Shown here piece after piece: positions 19,530 to 28,853 of a stretch of 64,000 nucleotides of DNA (its first letter is position 1; every line of letters begins with the position of its first letter). The notes beneath the pieces are model-generated. The model worked only from the letters and a program-made list of their open reading frames with translations, did not search any database and was not told where the DNA came from. The position numbers were made by a program, and so were the translations under genes. Source of the DNA: Vulcanimicrobiota bacterium (GTDB lineage Bacteria > Vulcanimicrobiota > Vulcanimicrobiia > Vulcanimicrobiales > Vulcanimicrobiaceae); NCBI GenBank assembly GCA_963695225.1, contig OY968762.1, positions 1,312,001 to 1,376,000 of the forward strand, in the 5' to 3' direction.

Positions 19530-20111
19530 ATGAACACGTTGATGAAGCCTCAAGCTCAGCAAATCGATCCAGGAGTGTTACGCGTCATTGCGGCGCGGAG
19601 TACTCCCAATTTCTACATCGTCGACGAACGGCTGCGAGTGCTCTTCGCGTGGTCCAACGAAGGCGAGCCTTCATTCGGCGACATCTCGCTGCTCGCGCCC
19701 GGGCCCGACCGGCTGCCCGCCGCGCTCGAGCGAGGCGTACGTTCGCTCACGCAATCGATGAGCGTCAAGGCTCCGATCTCCCTGGCGACGCTCCTCGGCC
19801 CGACGGTCGTTTTGCGCGTGATGCCGTTATCCAGCAGCGACGGGCGCCCTCACTACGGCGTCTTCCTCGAAACGTTCAAGACGCGTTCCGGCATTCGCCC
19901 CGCGGCGAAACACTACAATCTTACGCCGCGCGAAGTCGACGTGCTCGAGCAGATCGTGAAGGGCGCCTCCACGGTGCAGATCGCCGAGCGCCTGCACATC
20001 GCGGAATCGACCGTGCAGGATCACGTCAAGAACATCTCCGTGAAGATGCAGGTCCGCAAGCGCTCCGAGATCGTCGCCCGCGTTATCGGGCTGTTGCCGC
20101 CGCTGACGTAA
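19530..20111 (+). CDS. LuxR-family HTH regulator with PAS-like N-terminus (start uncertain)
   Basis: C-terminal LTPREVDVL..IVKG.S..QIAERLHIAESTVQDHVKNI..KM; no receiver domain. Confidence 0.85.
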   Translation: MNTLMKPQAQQIDPGVLRVIAARSTPNFYIVDERLRVLFAWSNEGEPSFGDISLLAPGPDRLPAALERGVRSLTQSMSVKAPISLATLLGPTVVLRVMPLSSSDGRPHYGVFLETFKTRSGIRPAAKHYNLTPREVDVLEQIVKGASTVQIAERLHIAESTVQDHVKNISVKMQVRKRSEIVARVIGLLPPLT

Positions 20112-20122
20112 CGCGCGAGACC

Positions 20123-21472
20123 CTAGCTTAGCCGCTCGCGCAGGTAGGCCTCGAGCGCGTCTTGCGCGACGCGGTCTTGGCGCATCGAGTCGCGATCGCG
20201 GACGGTGACCTTGCCGTCTTCGAACGTATCGTAATCGACCATGATGCAGCACGGCGTGCCGATCTCGTCCTGCCTGCGGTAGAGCTGGCCGACGTTCCCT
20301 TCATCGTACTGCGTGCGAAACTGCGGACGTAGCGCGCGCTCCACCGATTTCGCTCGCTCGACGAGATCGGGCTTGTTGCGCGCGAGCGGAAAGACGCCGG
20401 CCTGAACGGGAGCGATCCGCGGGTGGAAGCGCAGGACCACGCGCTCGGTCTCTTTCCCGTTCGGATCGACGCTCTTCTCGCGTTCGTAGGCGTCGACGAG
20501 CATCGTGAGCGTCGTGCGGTCCATCCCGGCCGAGCTCTCGATGAGGATCGGCGTGTACTTCGTCTTGCTCGCCTCGTCGAAGTAGGAAAGGTCTTTCCCC
20601 GAGAGTTGCATGTGCGCGTCGAGATCGTACGTTCCGCGGTGCGCGATCGATTCCAGCTCGCCCCAGCCCCACGGGAACAGATACTCGACGTCGATCCCGG
20701 CCTTCGCGTAGTGCGGGCGTTCGGCCGGCGTCAGCTCGTAGAAGCGCAGGCGCTCGGCTCTGATCCCGTAATCGGAATACCACTTCTTGCGGGCGGCGAC
20801 CCACTCTTCGAAGCAGGCGATGTCCTTACCGTCGTCCGGGACGAAATACTCGAGCTCGGCCTGTTCGAATTCGCGCATGCGGAACGTGAAGTTGCCCGGC
20901 GTGATCTCATTGCGGAACGACTTGCCGATCTGAGCGATGCCGAACGGGGGCTTGCGGCGCGCGGTCTGGTAGATGTTCTTGAAGTTGACGAACATGCCCT
21001 GAGCCGTTTCGGGACGCAGATACGCCTGTGACGAGGAATCCTCCATCGGACCGATGCTCGTCTTCATCATCAGGTTGAAGTTGCGCGGCTCGGTCAGCGT
21101 GCCGCTCATGCCGCAATCCGGACATTTCTCGAGCGAGGCCAGATGGTCGGCACGGAAACGGTGCTTGCAGTTGCGGCAATCGATCAGTTTGTCGTGGAAC
21201 GCCGCAACGTGTCCCGAGGCGACCCACGTCTGCGGGTGCATGACGATCGACGAATCGAACGCGACGACGTCGTCGCGCAGCTCGACGATCTCTCGCCACC
21301 AGGCGTTCTTTACGTTGCGCTTGAGGACTGCCCCGAGCGGGCCGTAATCGAAGAAGCCGCCGATCCCGCCGTAGATCTCGCTCGATTGGAAAATGAAACC
21401 GCGACGTTTCGCGAGCGCGGTGATTTCCTCCATGGTCACGTTCGGTTTGGCTGCGGTATCGGGCGTCGTCAT
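20123..21472 (-). CDS. glyQS: Glycine--tRNA ligase (alpha2 type)
   Basis: KRRGF..SSEIYGG, YLRPETAQG, QIGKSFRNEITP, FRMREFEQ, YRRQDEIGTP. Confidence 0.97.
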   Translation of the reverse strand: MTTPDTAAKPNVTMEEITALAKRRGFIFQSSEIYGGIGGFFDYGPLGAVLKRNVKNAWWREIVELRDDVVAFDSSIVMHPQTWVASGHVAAFHDKLIDCRNCKHRFRADHLASLEKCPDCGMSGTLTEPRNFNLMMKTSIGPMEDSSSQAYLRPETAQGMFVNFKNIYQTARRKPPFGIAQIGKSFRNEITPGNFTFRMREFEQAELEYFVPDDGKDIACFEEWVAARKKWYSDYGIRAERLRFYELTPAERPHYAKAGIDVEYLFPWGWGELESIAHRGTYDLDAHMQLSGKDLSYFDEASKTKYTPILIESSAGMDRTTLTMLVDAYEREKSVDPNGKETERVVLRFHPRIAPVQAGVFPLARNKPDLVERAKSVERALRPQFRTQYDEGNVGQLYRRQDEIGTPCCIMVDYDTFEDGKVTVRDRDSMRQDRVAQDALEAYLRERLS

Positions 21473-21515
21473 GATCCTCGCGCTATTGTGCGCGCGAAGC
21501 GCCGCATCCTCGCCG

Positions 21516-22688
21516 TCAGGGCCTCGGCGGCCGCGCGCCGTTCGTGGCGGCGGCTCCGTACGTGCGCCCGCGCCATTCGACGCCTTGCCCCGAGAGGACG
21601 CGCCAGGTCGAGTTCGCCATCACCGCCGCGAAGAACGCGAACCCCACCGGCGCGTAGATGCCCAGGCGCCGTTCCATCCCGACCTCGCCCATCGCCCAGC
21701 CGCTCGTCGCCGAGATCGCGGCGAGTGTCGCGAGCGATTCCGCCGCCGCGAGCCAGCGCCGCCCCGCGAGCGCGCGGAGCGCGAGCGCGGCCGGGACGAT
21801 CGAGAGCGCGGAGAGGAACGCGACCCCGCCGGCAAGCCGGTCGAGCCGGCCCTCCGCGCCGTAATAGACGTTCTTCGTGAAGCCCTCCCAGATCTCGCTC
21901 GCGGAATGATACATGCGCACCCGGCAGAGCCGTTGCCCGCCCACGAGCGCGAGGTGGAAACGCCCGTCCCGCTTGAGCTTGCGGGCGAACGCGACGTCCT
22001 CCGCCAGTTCGCCGCGCAGGGCCGCATGCCCGCCGAGCGCCTCGAGCGCGCGCCGCGAGACGAGGATGTATTGGCCGTTCGCGAGCGCGTGATCGGGGTC
22101 GAGCGGGTCGTTCAGTTTCTCCGGCGAGCCGGAAGCGAGCACGATCGCGCCGAGGATCGACGGGAGGATCGCGCGCTCCGCGAGCGTTTCCATATCTTGC
22201 CCGGTCACGAGCGTGAGCGCGTCGTAGCCGCGATCGAGCGCGTAGGCGAGCGTCGAACGCGAAGCCCACGGCTCGTGATACGAATCGGCATCGGTGAAGA
22301 GCAGCCACTCGCCGCGCGCGACGCGAGCCCCTTGATGGAGCGCCCATGGCTTGCCGACCCACCCCGCCGGCAACTCGGCGCCGGCGAGAACGCGCAATTC
22401 CGGAAATTCGAATGTGAGCCGCGCGAGGATCGCCGGCGTCGCGTCCGTCGAGCGGTCGTCGACGACGATCAGCTCGAAATCGGAGAGCTGCTGCGCGAGC
22501 AGCGAGCGCACGCACCGCTCGATCGAGCGCTCTTCGTTGCGCGCGGGGACGACGATCGAAAGCGAGGGCAAGTCGAGGCGATCTTCGAGCAACGGCTCGA
22601 TCTCGCGCGCTTTCCCGGCGAAAGAGGCGCAGCGCAGCACGTACGCGAGCGCAGTTGCGGCGGGAATGTGACCGAGCAAACGATTCAG
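21516..22688 (-). CDS. Glycosyltransferase family 2 (CrtQ/HpnB-like, membrane-bound); start approximate
   Basis: VPARNEE, VDDRSTD, LPAGWVGKPWA, LLFTDAD, ANGQY, AEDV, RMY, C-terminal TM helices, VEWRGRTY. Confidence 0.88.
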   Translation of the reverse strand: MNRLLGHIPAATALAYVLRCASFAGKAREIEPLLEDRLDLPSLSIVVPARNEERSIERCVRSLLAQQLSDFELIVVDDRSTDATPAILARLTFEFPELRVLAGAELPAGWVGKPWALHQGARVARGEWLLFTDADSYHEPWASRSTLAYALDRGYDALTLVTGQDMETLAERAILPSILGAIVLASGSPEKLNDPLDPDHALANGQYILVSRRALEALGGHAALRGELAEDVAFARKLKRDGRFHLALVGGQRLCRVRMYHSASEIWEGFTKNVYYGAEGRLDRLAGGVAFLSALSIVPAALALRALAGRRWLAAAESLATLAAISATSGWAMGEVGMERRLGIYAPVGFAFFAAVMANSTWRVLSGQGVEWRGRTYGAAATNGARPPRP

Positions 22689-23878
22689 AGGGGTCCCCCG
22701 ACCTTCTTCGCGGCACGCCGCTCGAGTTCGCGCCGATGCGTGAGGACGTATCGATCGCTTAGAGGAATGCGAAATTCCACCATGCCGGCGCTGGGCACGA
22801 ACAGGACGTCCTTCTTCACAAGCTGGTTGCGAGTCGAGCTCAGACGTTCGGACGTGGAACCGAGACGTTCGCCGATCTCGTGGACGGTATGCGAACCTGC
22901 ACCCAGATCCGCCACGGCTAGAACGTAAGCACATTCGCGCGGCGTGAGCGTGCGGAAGCGCCCGTCGTACAGCGACGAATCGAGCAAATTGCGGACTCCG
23001 GGCAGCACCGCATCGACGTCCTCTTTCGTGATGATCTTCCCCCGATGCTGCATCCAAGCGGCCGAGGCATACTCTTGGATGAAGAAAGGATAGCCGGCGG
23101 ATTCTTCGGCGAGCGTGTCGAGCGCATTTTCGCGGATGAGATGCCCCGCGTCGCGGATCGGTTTGCCGATGGCGTCTCGCGTCTGTTGTGCGTCGAGGAG
23201 GCCGATTTCGACGTAGCGCCAGCGTTCGGTGTACGTTTGGGCGCGATGCAGATGATCGCGCGTGTTCGGCAATCCGGCGCCGATGATGAGAGCGGGCTCG
23301 GGCGTGCCGGCCGACTCATGGATGAAACGCACGAGCAGGCTCAAGTCGTCGAGTTGCGCCTCCTGGAGCTCGTCGATTGCGAAGAGGAGGTACCGCCCGT
23401 GCTTGCGCGCCTCCGCGTTCACGGCGCGGAGCAGCGTGATCAGCGCGGCCTGCTCGGGCGCCGATGCAGACGCGGAGAGCGTGATCGACCCGCCCCCGCC
23501 CGGCAGCTCGTACGAGGGCTTCGGCAGCGCGCGCGCGGCCGACTCCAGCGCTCGCTTGAGCTTTTCCGGCACGTTGCCGAGCCGCTCGTGCGCCGCTTCG
23601 AGGCCCGCTCGCAGCACGGCCGCGAAGAGCTCGCGACGGGTGGCTTCCATGGCCACGACGAGCGCGTCTTCGCGCCTCGCCCTTGCCGCGATCCGCCGGA
23701 GCAGAGCGGTCTTCCCCATACCGCGCAGCCCCATGATGATGAAGGGCGCCGCGGGCGCTCCGGAGCGCGTCATCCCAAGGGCAAAACGCGCCAACGCGAT
23801 CTCCGCGTCCCGGCCGACGAGGTACGGGGGATCGCTGCCCGGAGCGGTGCGGAATGGATTGTCGAAGAGCCCCGGCAT
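22685..23878 (-). CDS. AAA+ ATPase (AAA_16/archaeal-ATPase-like) with C-terminal winged helix
   Basis: NPF..PGS.PPYLVGRD, Walker A GLRGMGKT, Walker B AIDELQ, GYPFFIQ, C-terminal wHTH (R.QL..K..L......G...F..P). Confidence 0.9.
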   Translation of the reverse strand: MPGLFDNPFRTAPGSDPPYLVGRDAEIALARFALGMTRSGAPAAPFIIMGLRGMGKTALLRRIAARARREDALVVAMEATRRELFAAVLRAGLEAAHERLGNVPEKLKRALESAARALPKPSYELPGGGGSITLSASASAPEQAALITLLRAVNAEARKHGRYLLFAIDELQEAQLDDLSLLVRFIHESAGTPEPALIIGAGLPNTRDHLHRAQTYTERWRYVEIGLLDAQQTRDAIGKPIRDAGHLIRENALDTLAEESAGYPFFIQEYASAAWMQHRGKIITKEDVDAVLPGVRNLLDSSLYDGRFRTLTPRECAYVLAVADLGAGSHTVHEIGERLGSTSERLSSTRNQLVKKDVLFVPSAGMVEFRIPLSDRYVLTHRRELERRAAKKVGGPL

Positions 23879-23896
23879 GCTTCGATTGTCCCCCGT

Positions 23897-23941
23897 CTGT
23901 CAAATCCTGTCAATGTCTGACTATCCTGTCAAACCTGTCAA
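23897..23941 (-). repeat. Five phased TTGACAG-type direct repeats in the ATPase promoter
   Basis: ctgtcaa on + at 23897, 23907, 23926 and 23935, plus degenerate ctgacta at 23917 (spacing 10,10,9,9). Confidence 0.85.
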
Positions 23942-23964
23942 GATTTCCGCGGAAAGCGCGGCGG

Positions 23965-25062
23965 CTAGAGAGACGCGCCGGCCCTCGCCGTAGCCCTGTT
24001 CTGCGGCCTTACCGTGCCGCGCAGTTGCCCGCAGGCGGCCGCGATGTCGCGGCCCATGGAGGCGCGCACCGTCGTCGGGACGCCGGCCCGGTCGAGGATC
24101 GCGGCGAACTCCCAGATGCGTTCCGTCGGCGAGCCTTGGAACGCCGCATCCGGCGTGCTGTTGTAGGGGATCAGGTTGACGTGGTACAGATGCCCGCGCA
24201 TCAGCTTCGCGAGCTCGTGCGCGGCCTTCGCGTCGTCGTTCACGCCATCCAGCATCACGTACTCGAAGAAGACTTTGCGATTCGTCTTCTCGACGTACCG
24301 AGCGCACGCGGCCAACAGCTCGGCGACGGGCCAACTCCGGTTGACGGGCATGATTGCGGAACGCCGTTCGTCGGTCGGCGCGTGCAGCGAGATCGCGAGG
24401 TTCACTTGGACGCCTTCGGCCGCGAACGCGTCGATTTGCGGGACCACGCCGACCGTCGAGATCGTGATGTGCCGGTGCCCGAGGCCGAAGCCTTGCCCGT
24501 CGTTCAGCAGCGCCACGGCGCGCATCACGGCAGCATAATTGTTGAACGGTTCGCCCATACCCATGAAGACGACGTTCGTGATCTTCTTCTCGCGCGTCGC
24601 GAGCGCGCGCGCGAAGAAGCGCGCCTGGTCGAAGATCTCGGTCGCCTTGAGTTGCCGCGTGAACCCCGCCTGCCCCGTCGAGCAGAACGCGCACTTGAAC
24701 GCGCACCCCGCTTGGCTCGAGACGCAGACGGTCGAGCGTCCGCCGTAGTGCTCCATCAGCACCGCCTCGATTTCCGCGCCGTCGTAGAGGCGGAAGAGCC
24801 CCTTCGTCGTTTGCCCGTCGCTCGAGCGGAGCACCGTCACCGGTTCGATCGATTCGAGCGCGAAGCCGTCGGCGGCCAAGCGCTCGCGCAACTCACTGGG
24901 CCAGGTCGTCACCGCCTCGAGCGTCGGGGCGAGTTCCTTGCAGGCCGCCCGGTAGAGTTGCTTGGCGCGGTACGGTTTGAGCCCGTACGCTTGCAGCAAA
25001 GCCGCGCCGTCGGAGTATCCCGCGCGCTGCGCCTTTTCGTCGAACCAGACCTGCTGCGCCAT
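23965..25062 (-). CDS. rlmN: 23S rRNA (A2503)/tRNA C2-methyltransferase, radical SAM
   Basis: CVSSQAGCAFKCAFC, MGMGEP, AISLHA, NLIPYN, AACGQL. Confidence 0.96.
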   Translation of the reverse strand: MAQQVWFDEKAQRAGYSDGAALLQAYGLKPYRAKQLYRAACKELAPTLEAVTTWPSELRERLAADGFALESIEPVTVLRSSDGQTTKGLFRLYDGAEIEAVLMEHYGGRSTVCVSSQAGCAFKCAFCSTGQAGFTRQLKATEIFDQARFFARALATREKKITNVVFMGMGEPFNNYAAVMRAVALLNDGQGFGLGHRHITISTVGVVPQIDAFAAEGVQVNLAISLHAPTDERRSAIMPVNRSWPVAELLAACARYVEKTNRKVFFEYVMLDGVNDDAKAAHELAKLMRGHLYHVNLIPYNSTPDAAFQGSPTERIWEFAAILDRAGVPTTVRASMGRDIAAACGQLRGTVRPQNRATARAGASL

Positions 25063-25122
25063 AACTGCCCGATTGTATCATGCGCCGGACGGCGCACCTC
25101 CAACCTTCCCGGCGGGCGCCCG

Positions 25123-26457
25123 CTAGCGCGGCGAGAGGCGGCGGACGATGAAGCCCGTAGCGAGGATCAGACCGAGGAGGACGAGCGCCCCGGCGCAGGC
25201 GACGACGAACACGCCCCGGCCCGTGAGAAACCGGTATCCGCCTTCTCCCACGCAGCCCCGATACTCGTTGCTGTTCATCGCGTCGATCGCGCAGAGGTAG
25301 CCGCGCGCGTTCCCGGCCGTGATCTCCGAATTCGCGCCACCCTCGTAGAGCCGGGCGTACGCCGCAAGGAGTCCGGGATCGCCCTCGAGGCGGCGGCGGA
25401 GCCTCGAAAGCTCCGGGCCAGTGAATTCCCGCAATCCGAGGTCCTTCGAACCGCCTTCGTCGCGCCAGACCTTGCCGTCGAAGGCGTGCTCCTCGATCCG
25501 GCGGATCGTCCCCGTAGGCTCGACGTCGACGGTCAGGAACATCGGCGCGTTGCGGAAGATCGGCGAAAGGGCGGGGACGAGGAGCAGCGGGACGGGCTCG
25601 GGCGACTCGGCGCCGACGAGCCGGAAAGCGAACTTGTGGGTGTGCCCGCTGATCGCGAGCGCGACGTTACGCCGCCGGTCGCCGAGGATCGCGAGGAGCC
25701 GGTCGCGCGGCACGCCGTCCAGAAACGGCACCACGGCCAAACGGTGCGTCAGATGGACCGTGGTGCCGGCGTCGATGCCGGGCGGGATGTGCAGCAGCAC
25801 CCACGACTTCTCGGGGTTCCCGGGAGGGAGCGCACGGTCGAGATCCGCGAGTTCCTCGGCTCCGCCGTCGCCGGCGGTCGAACCGCACCCCAAGCGAAAG
25901 AGCGGCGACCAAAACGTATCGTCGAGCACGACCGCCCGCAGGCCCGGCACCGGCAGTTTCACCGTGTAGAAGCCGTCGCGCGAGAACGTGCTGCGGAAAT
26001 CCGCAGCCGCGCCGCGACGGTTCACGAGCGGCTCCCACACGGCAGCCGTATCGGCGAGGTACGGCGCGTCCGGTGCGGCCACGTAGTCTCCGCAAGCGGA
26101 GTCCTCGTTCCCCATCGCGACGACGAACTGCGCGTTCGGGAACGCCCGCCCGAACAGATCGGCGACGTGCGCCATCGTCGCATGCGCGTACCGGCGGTCG
26201 AAATTGTGCCCGAGAAAGTCGCCCGGGATCACGACGACCGGCGGGGCGGGATCGACGCGCCGCATCTCCGCGATGGCCGAACGCAAGAGCGCCTCGTTCG
26301 TATCGGACCCTCCCGGCGACGGTTCGGCACCCTGCGCCCGGGGATCCAGGTGAATGTCGCTCACGAAGAGCCACGGCGCGGCCTCCGCGCGCGCCGGAAG
26401 AACGCACGCCGACGCGAGCGCGAGTGCGAGCGCGGCGCACCGAAAACCGAGTTTCAA
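25123..26457 (-). CDS. Exported metallophosphoesterase (acid sphingomyelinase-like) with C-terminal TM anchor
   Basis: TTG start overlapping the ybaK stop; signal peptide; SDIHLD, PGDFLGH, GNED, HIPPG, GHTH. Confidence 0.85.
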   Translation of the reverse strand: MKLGFRCAALALALASACVLPARAEAAPWLFVSDIHLDPRAQGAEPSPGGSDTNEALLRSAIAEMRRVDPAPPVVVIPGDFLGHNFDRRYAHATMAHVADLFGRAFPNAQFVVAMGNEDSACGDYVAAPDAPYLADTAAVWEPLVNRRGAAADFRSTFSRDGFYTVKLPVPGLRAVVLDDTFWSPLFRLGCGSTAGDGGAEELADLDRALPPGNPEKSWVLLHIPPGIDAGTTVHLTHRLAVVPFLDGVPRDRLLAILGDRRRNVALAISGHTHKFAFRLVGAESPEPVPLLLVPALSPIFRNAPMFLTVDVEPTGTIRRIEEHAFDGKVWRDEGGSKDLGLREFTGPELSRLRRRLEGDPGLLAAYARLYEGGANSEITAGNARGYLCAIDAMNSNEYRGCVGEGGYRFLTGRGVFVVACAGALVLLGLILATGFIVRRLSPR

Positions 26458-26936
26458 CGCACGGGGCAGTCGACGCGCCGCGCTCGCGTAATGCGCAGCA
26501 AGTCGAGCGGCGGAATCTCGAAGACGGCGTACGGCGAGCCCGCCGCGGCCCAGACCGTCTCGTAGCGCAACAGCGCTACGTCGAAGAAGCGGTGCGTCGG
26601 CGTCGCGTGCGCGAGCGGCGCGACCCCTCCGATCGCGAATCCGGTTTTCGCGCGGACGAAATCGGGATCGGCCTTTCCCACGGGCTCGCCGAGCAGCGCT
26701 GCGATCGCGCGTTCGTCCACGCGGTTCACGCCGCTCGTCACGACGACGACCGCGGCGTCGCTCTCCTTCGCGCGCAGGACGATCGATTTCGCAATCTGCG
26801 CGACCGAGCAGCCGACGGCGGCTGCGGCTTCCGCGGCGGTGCGCGTCGAGGAGGGGACGACGACGATGCGCGCGGGCCACTCGAGCTCCCGCAACGCCGC
26901 CTCGACGCGTTCGACGGATTCCGAACGTTGCATCAC
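26454..26936 (-). CDS. YbaK/EbsC family aminoacyl-tRNA deacylase
   Basis: TAAEAAAAVG...QIAKS, TGFAIGGVAP, WAAAG. Confidence 0.92.
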   Translation of the reverse strand: MMQRSESVERVEAALRELEWPARIVVVPSSTRTAAEAAAAVGCSVAQIAKSIVLRAKESDAAVVVVTSGVNRVDERAIAALLGEPVGKADPDFVRAKTGFAIGGVAPLAHATPTHRFFDVALLRYETVWAAAGSPYAVFEIPPLDLLRITRARRVDCPVR

Positions 26937-27601
26937 AACTCGAACAACGCGGGTTGGACCGGCAACGGTTCCTCTTCTTTCGGCACCGGCTCGTCCAGCC
27001 GCGCCCGTACGGACTTCAAATCACTCCAGACGAGCCGCTTGACGGCGGTCAATTCCCCGCCTGTCTGACGCAGCAAGTACGCCGGATGGAACGTCGCGAT
27101 CAACCGGATCCCGAGCGGTCCGTCGAACCACAGGCCGCGCTGACGCGAGATCGAGAACTTCTCGCCGAGGAACGACTTCGCCGCCGGCGCTCCCAGGCAC
27201 ATGATCGCGCGCGGGCGCAGAATCTCGATCTGTTCGTCGAGATACGGACGGCAATTCGCCATCTCTTGCGGCATCGGGGCGCGGTTGCGCAACTTCCCGC
27301 CGTCGTCGAACGTCGGCCGGCACTTGACCGTGTTGCAGATGAATGTCTCCTCGCGCGCGAGCCCGATGGCGTTGAGCATGCGGTCGAGCAGCTCGCCTGC
27401 GCGCCCGACGAACGGCCGGCCGAGCCGGTCCTCCGTTTCCCCGGGCCCCTCGCCGACGATCATCAGCGCCGCCGCCGGATCGCCTTCGCCGTAGACGCTG
27501 TGCGTGCGCGTCCGCCCGATCTCGCACTTGCGGCAGCGTTCGACGAGCGCCGCCGCGTTCGCCAGGCGCTGTTCCCGCGAGCTGCGCTCTTGCAGCGTCA
27601 C
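26933..27601 (-). CDS. Uracil-DNA glycosylase family 4 (4Fe-4S)
   Basis: CRKC, VGEGPG, PFVGRAGELL, NTVKCRP, HPAYLLR. Confidence 0.93.
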   Translation of the reverse strand: MTLQERSSREQRLANAAALVERCRKCEIGRTRTHSVYGEGDPAAALMIVGEGPGETEDRLGRPFVGRAGELLDRMLNAIGLAREETFICNTVKCRPTFDDGGKLRNRAPMPQEMANCRPYLDEQIEILRPRAIMCLGAPAAKSFLGEKFSISRQRGLWFDGPLGIRLIATFHPAYLLRQTGGELTAVKRLVWSDLKSVRARLDEPVPKEEEPLPVQPALFEL

Positions 27602-27951
27602 GGCGCGGCGACGCGCCCCGGCTGCGGGTCGAGGACGACCGCTTCCCCGCTCGCCTTCACGATCGTCGAGCCGTCGCCGCGTTCGGAGGCGTCGAAGCGC
27701 AGGCCGACGACGCCGTTCGCGCCGAGCCGTTCCGCGGCGTTCGCGAGATCCGCGAGCGCCTGTTTGCGAATCCGCTCGGCATCGGTCAGATACGAGAACG
27801 GTGCGAGGCCCACGAACATCCCGATCGTGCGGAACGTCGAGCGCAAGAGGCTGCGCGGGCAACTCGCCTCGCCCTGGGCGATGCCGAGGCTGCGCACGAT
27901 GCGGAAACCGTCGATACGTTCGAGCGTGACGATCGCCTCGGGCCGGATCAT
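27598..27951 (-). CDS. YbjQ/UPF0145 family protein
   Basis: VT...I.G..I...LG...G...A..LGANGVVGLRFD...GEAV pattern. Confidence 0.85.
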   Translation of the reverse strand: MIRPEAIVTLERIDGFRIVRSLGIAQGEASCPRSLLRSTFRTIGMFVGLAPFSYLTDAERIRKQALADLANAAERLGANGVVGLRFDASERGDGSTIVKASGEAVVLDPQPGRVAAP

Positions 27952-28853
27952 CGCTCTCTAACGCGCCTCACGAGCAGGACGGCGCCGGCGGCGGCGCCGG
28001 CGTAGAGCGCGTAGCGGCCGACGAGCGCGCCGACGAGCGAGCCGTACCATAAGGGGCCGTGATGCTTGAGCCAGTAGGCGCGACGCGATCTCTGTTTCCG
28101 CGTCTCGACGTTGTACTGCCCCTGCGCGCTCCCCATCCCTTCGTGAACGGCTTCGCTCGAGGGAACGTACCAGGTCTCCCAACCCGCATCGGCCGCTCGT
28201 TTGGCGAAATCGACCTCTTCGTGGTACAGGAAGAAGCGCTCGTCGAACGGGCCGATCTCGTCGATCAGCGCGCGCCGGATCGCGAGCGCGGCGCCGATCG
28301 CGATATCGACGCGGCGCTCTCCGGCGTAGTTCCAAGCGCGCAATTCGGCGCCGTTCGCATGGCTGCGGAAGATAGGCCACTCGCCCCAGGCGCTCGAGCG
28401 CAAGAACGCCCCCACCCAGGTATCGAACTCGCCGCACGATTCCTGGACCGTGCCGTCCGGGTTGTAGATGCGCGAGCCCGCGATGCCGCAGCGCGGATGC
28501 TCGTCGAGGAAGCGCACGATCTCGCGCAGCGCGCCGTCCTTGAGCTCGGCGTCCGGGTTGAGGAGGAAAACGTAGGGCGCGCCCGTCGCGGCGAAAGCCC
28601 GGTTGCAGGCCGCGCCGAACCCGAGATTCGCGCCGTTCGCGACGATCTGCACGCGCGCGCCGTAGCGCTCGGCGATGAACTCTCGGCTGCCGTCGGTCGA
28701 GCCGTTGTCGGAGACGACGACGTTTGCGAAGGATGGGTCGGCGACAACCTCGCCGAGCGCGAAGACGGAGTCGAGCGCCGTCGCGATCCTCTCGCGATCG
28801 TTCCAGCAAACGACGATCACGTCGATCCGGGGAGCATTGATCGGTTGCGTCAT
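27948..28853 (-). CDS. Glycosyltransferase family 2 (WbbL/GT2-like)
   Basis: DNGSTDGS, NLGFGAACN, LLNPD, FDERFFLYHEEVD. Confidence 0.9.
   Translation of the reverse strand: MTQPINAPRIDVIVVCWNDRERIATALDSVFALGEVVADPSFANVVVSDNGSTDGSREFIAERYGARVQIVANGANLGFGAACNRAFAATGAPYVFLLNPDAELKDGALREIVRFLDEHPRCGIAGSRIYNPDGTVQESCGEFDTWVGAFLRSSAWGEWPIFRSHANGAELRAWNYAGERRVDIAIGAALAIRRALIDEIGPFDERFFLYHEEVDFAKRAADAGWETWYVPSSEAVHEGMGSAQGQYNVETRKQRSRRAYWLKHHGPLWYGSLVGALVGRYALYAGAAAGAVLLVRRVRER

Noticed and set aside
23854..26565. 903-aa plus-strand ORF
   Set aside because: Antisense shadow of rlmN and the metallophosphoesterase; no motifs.
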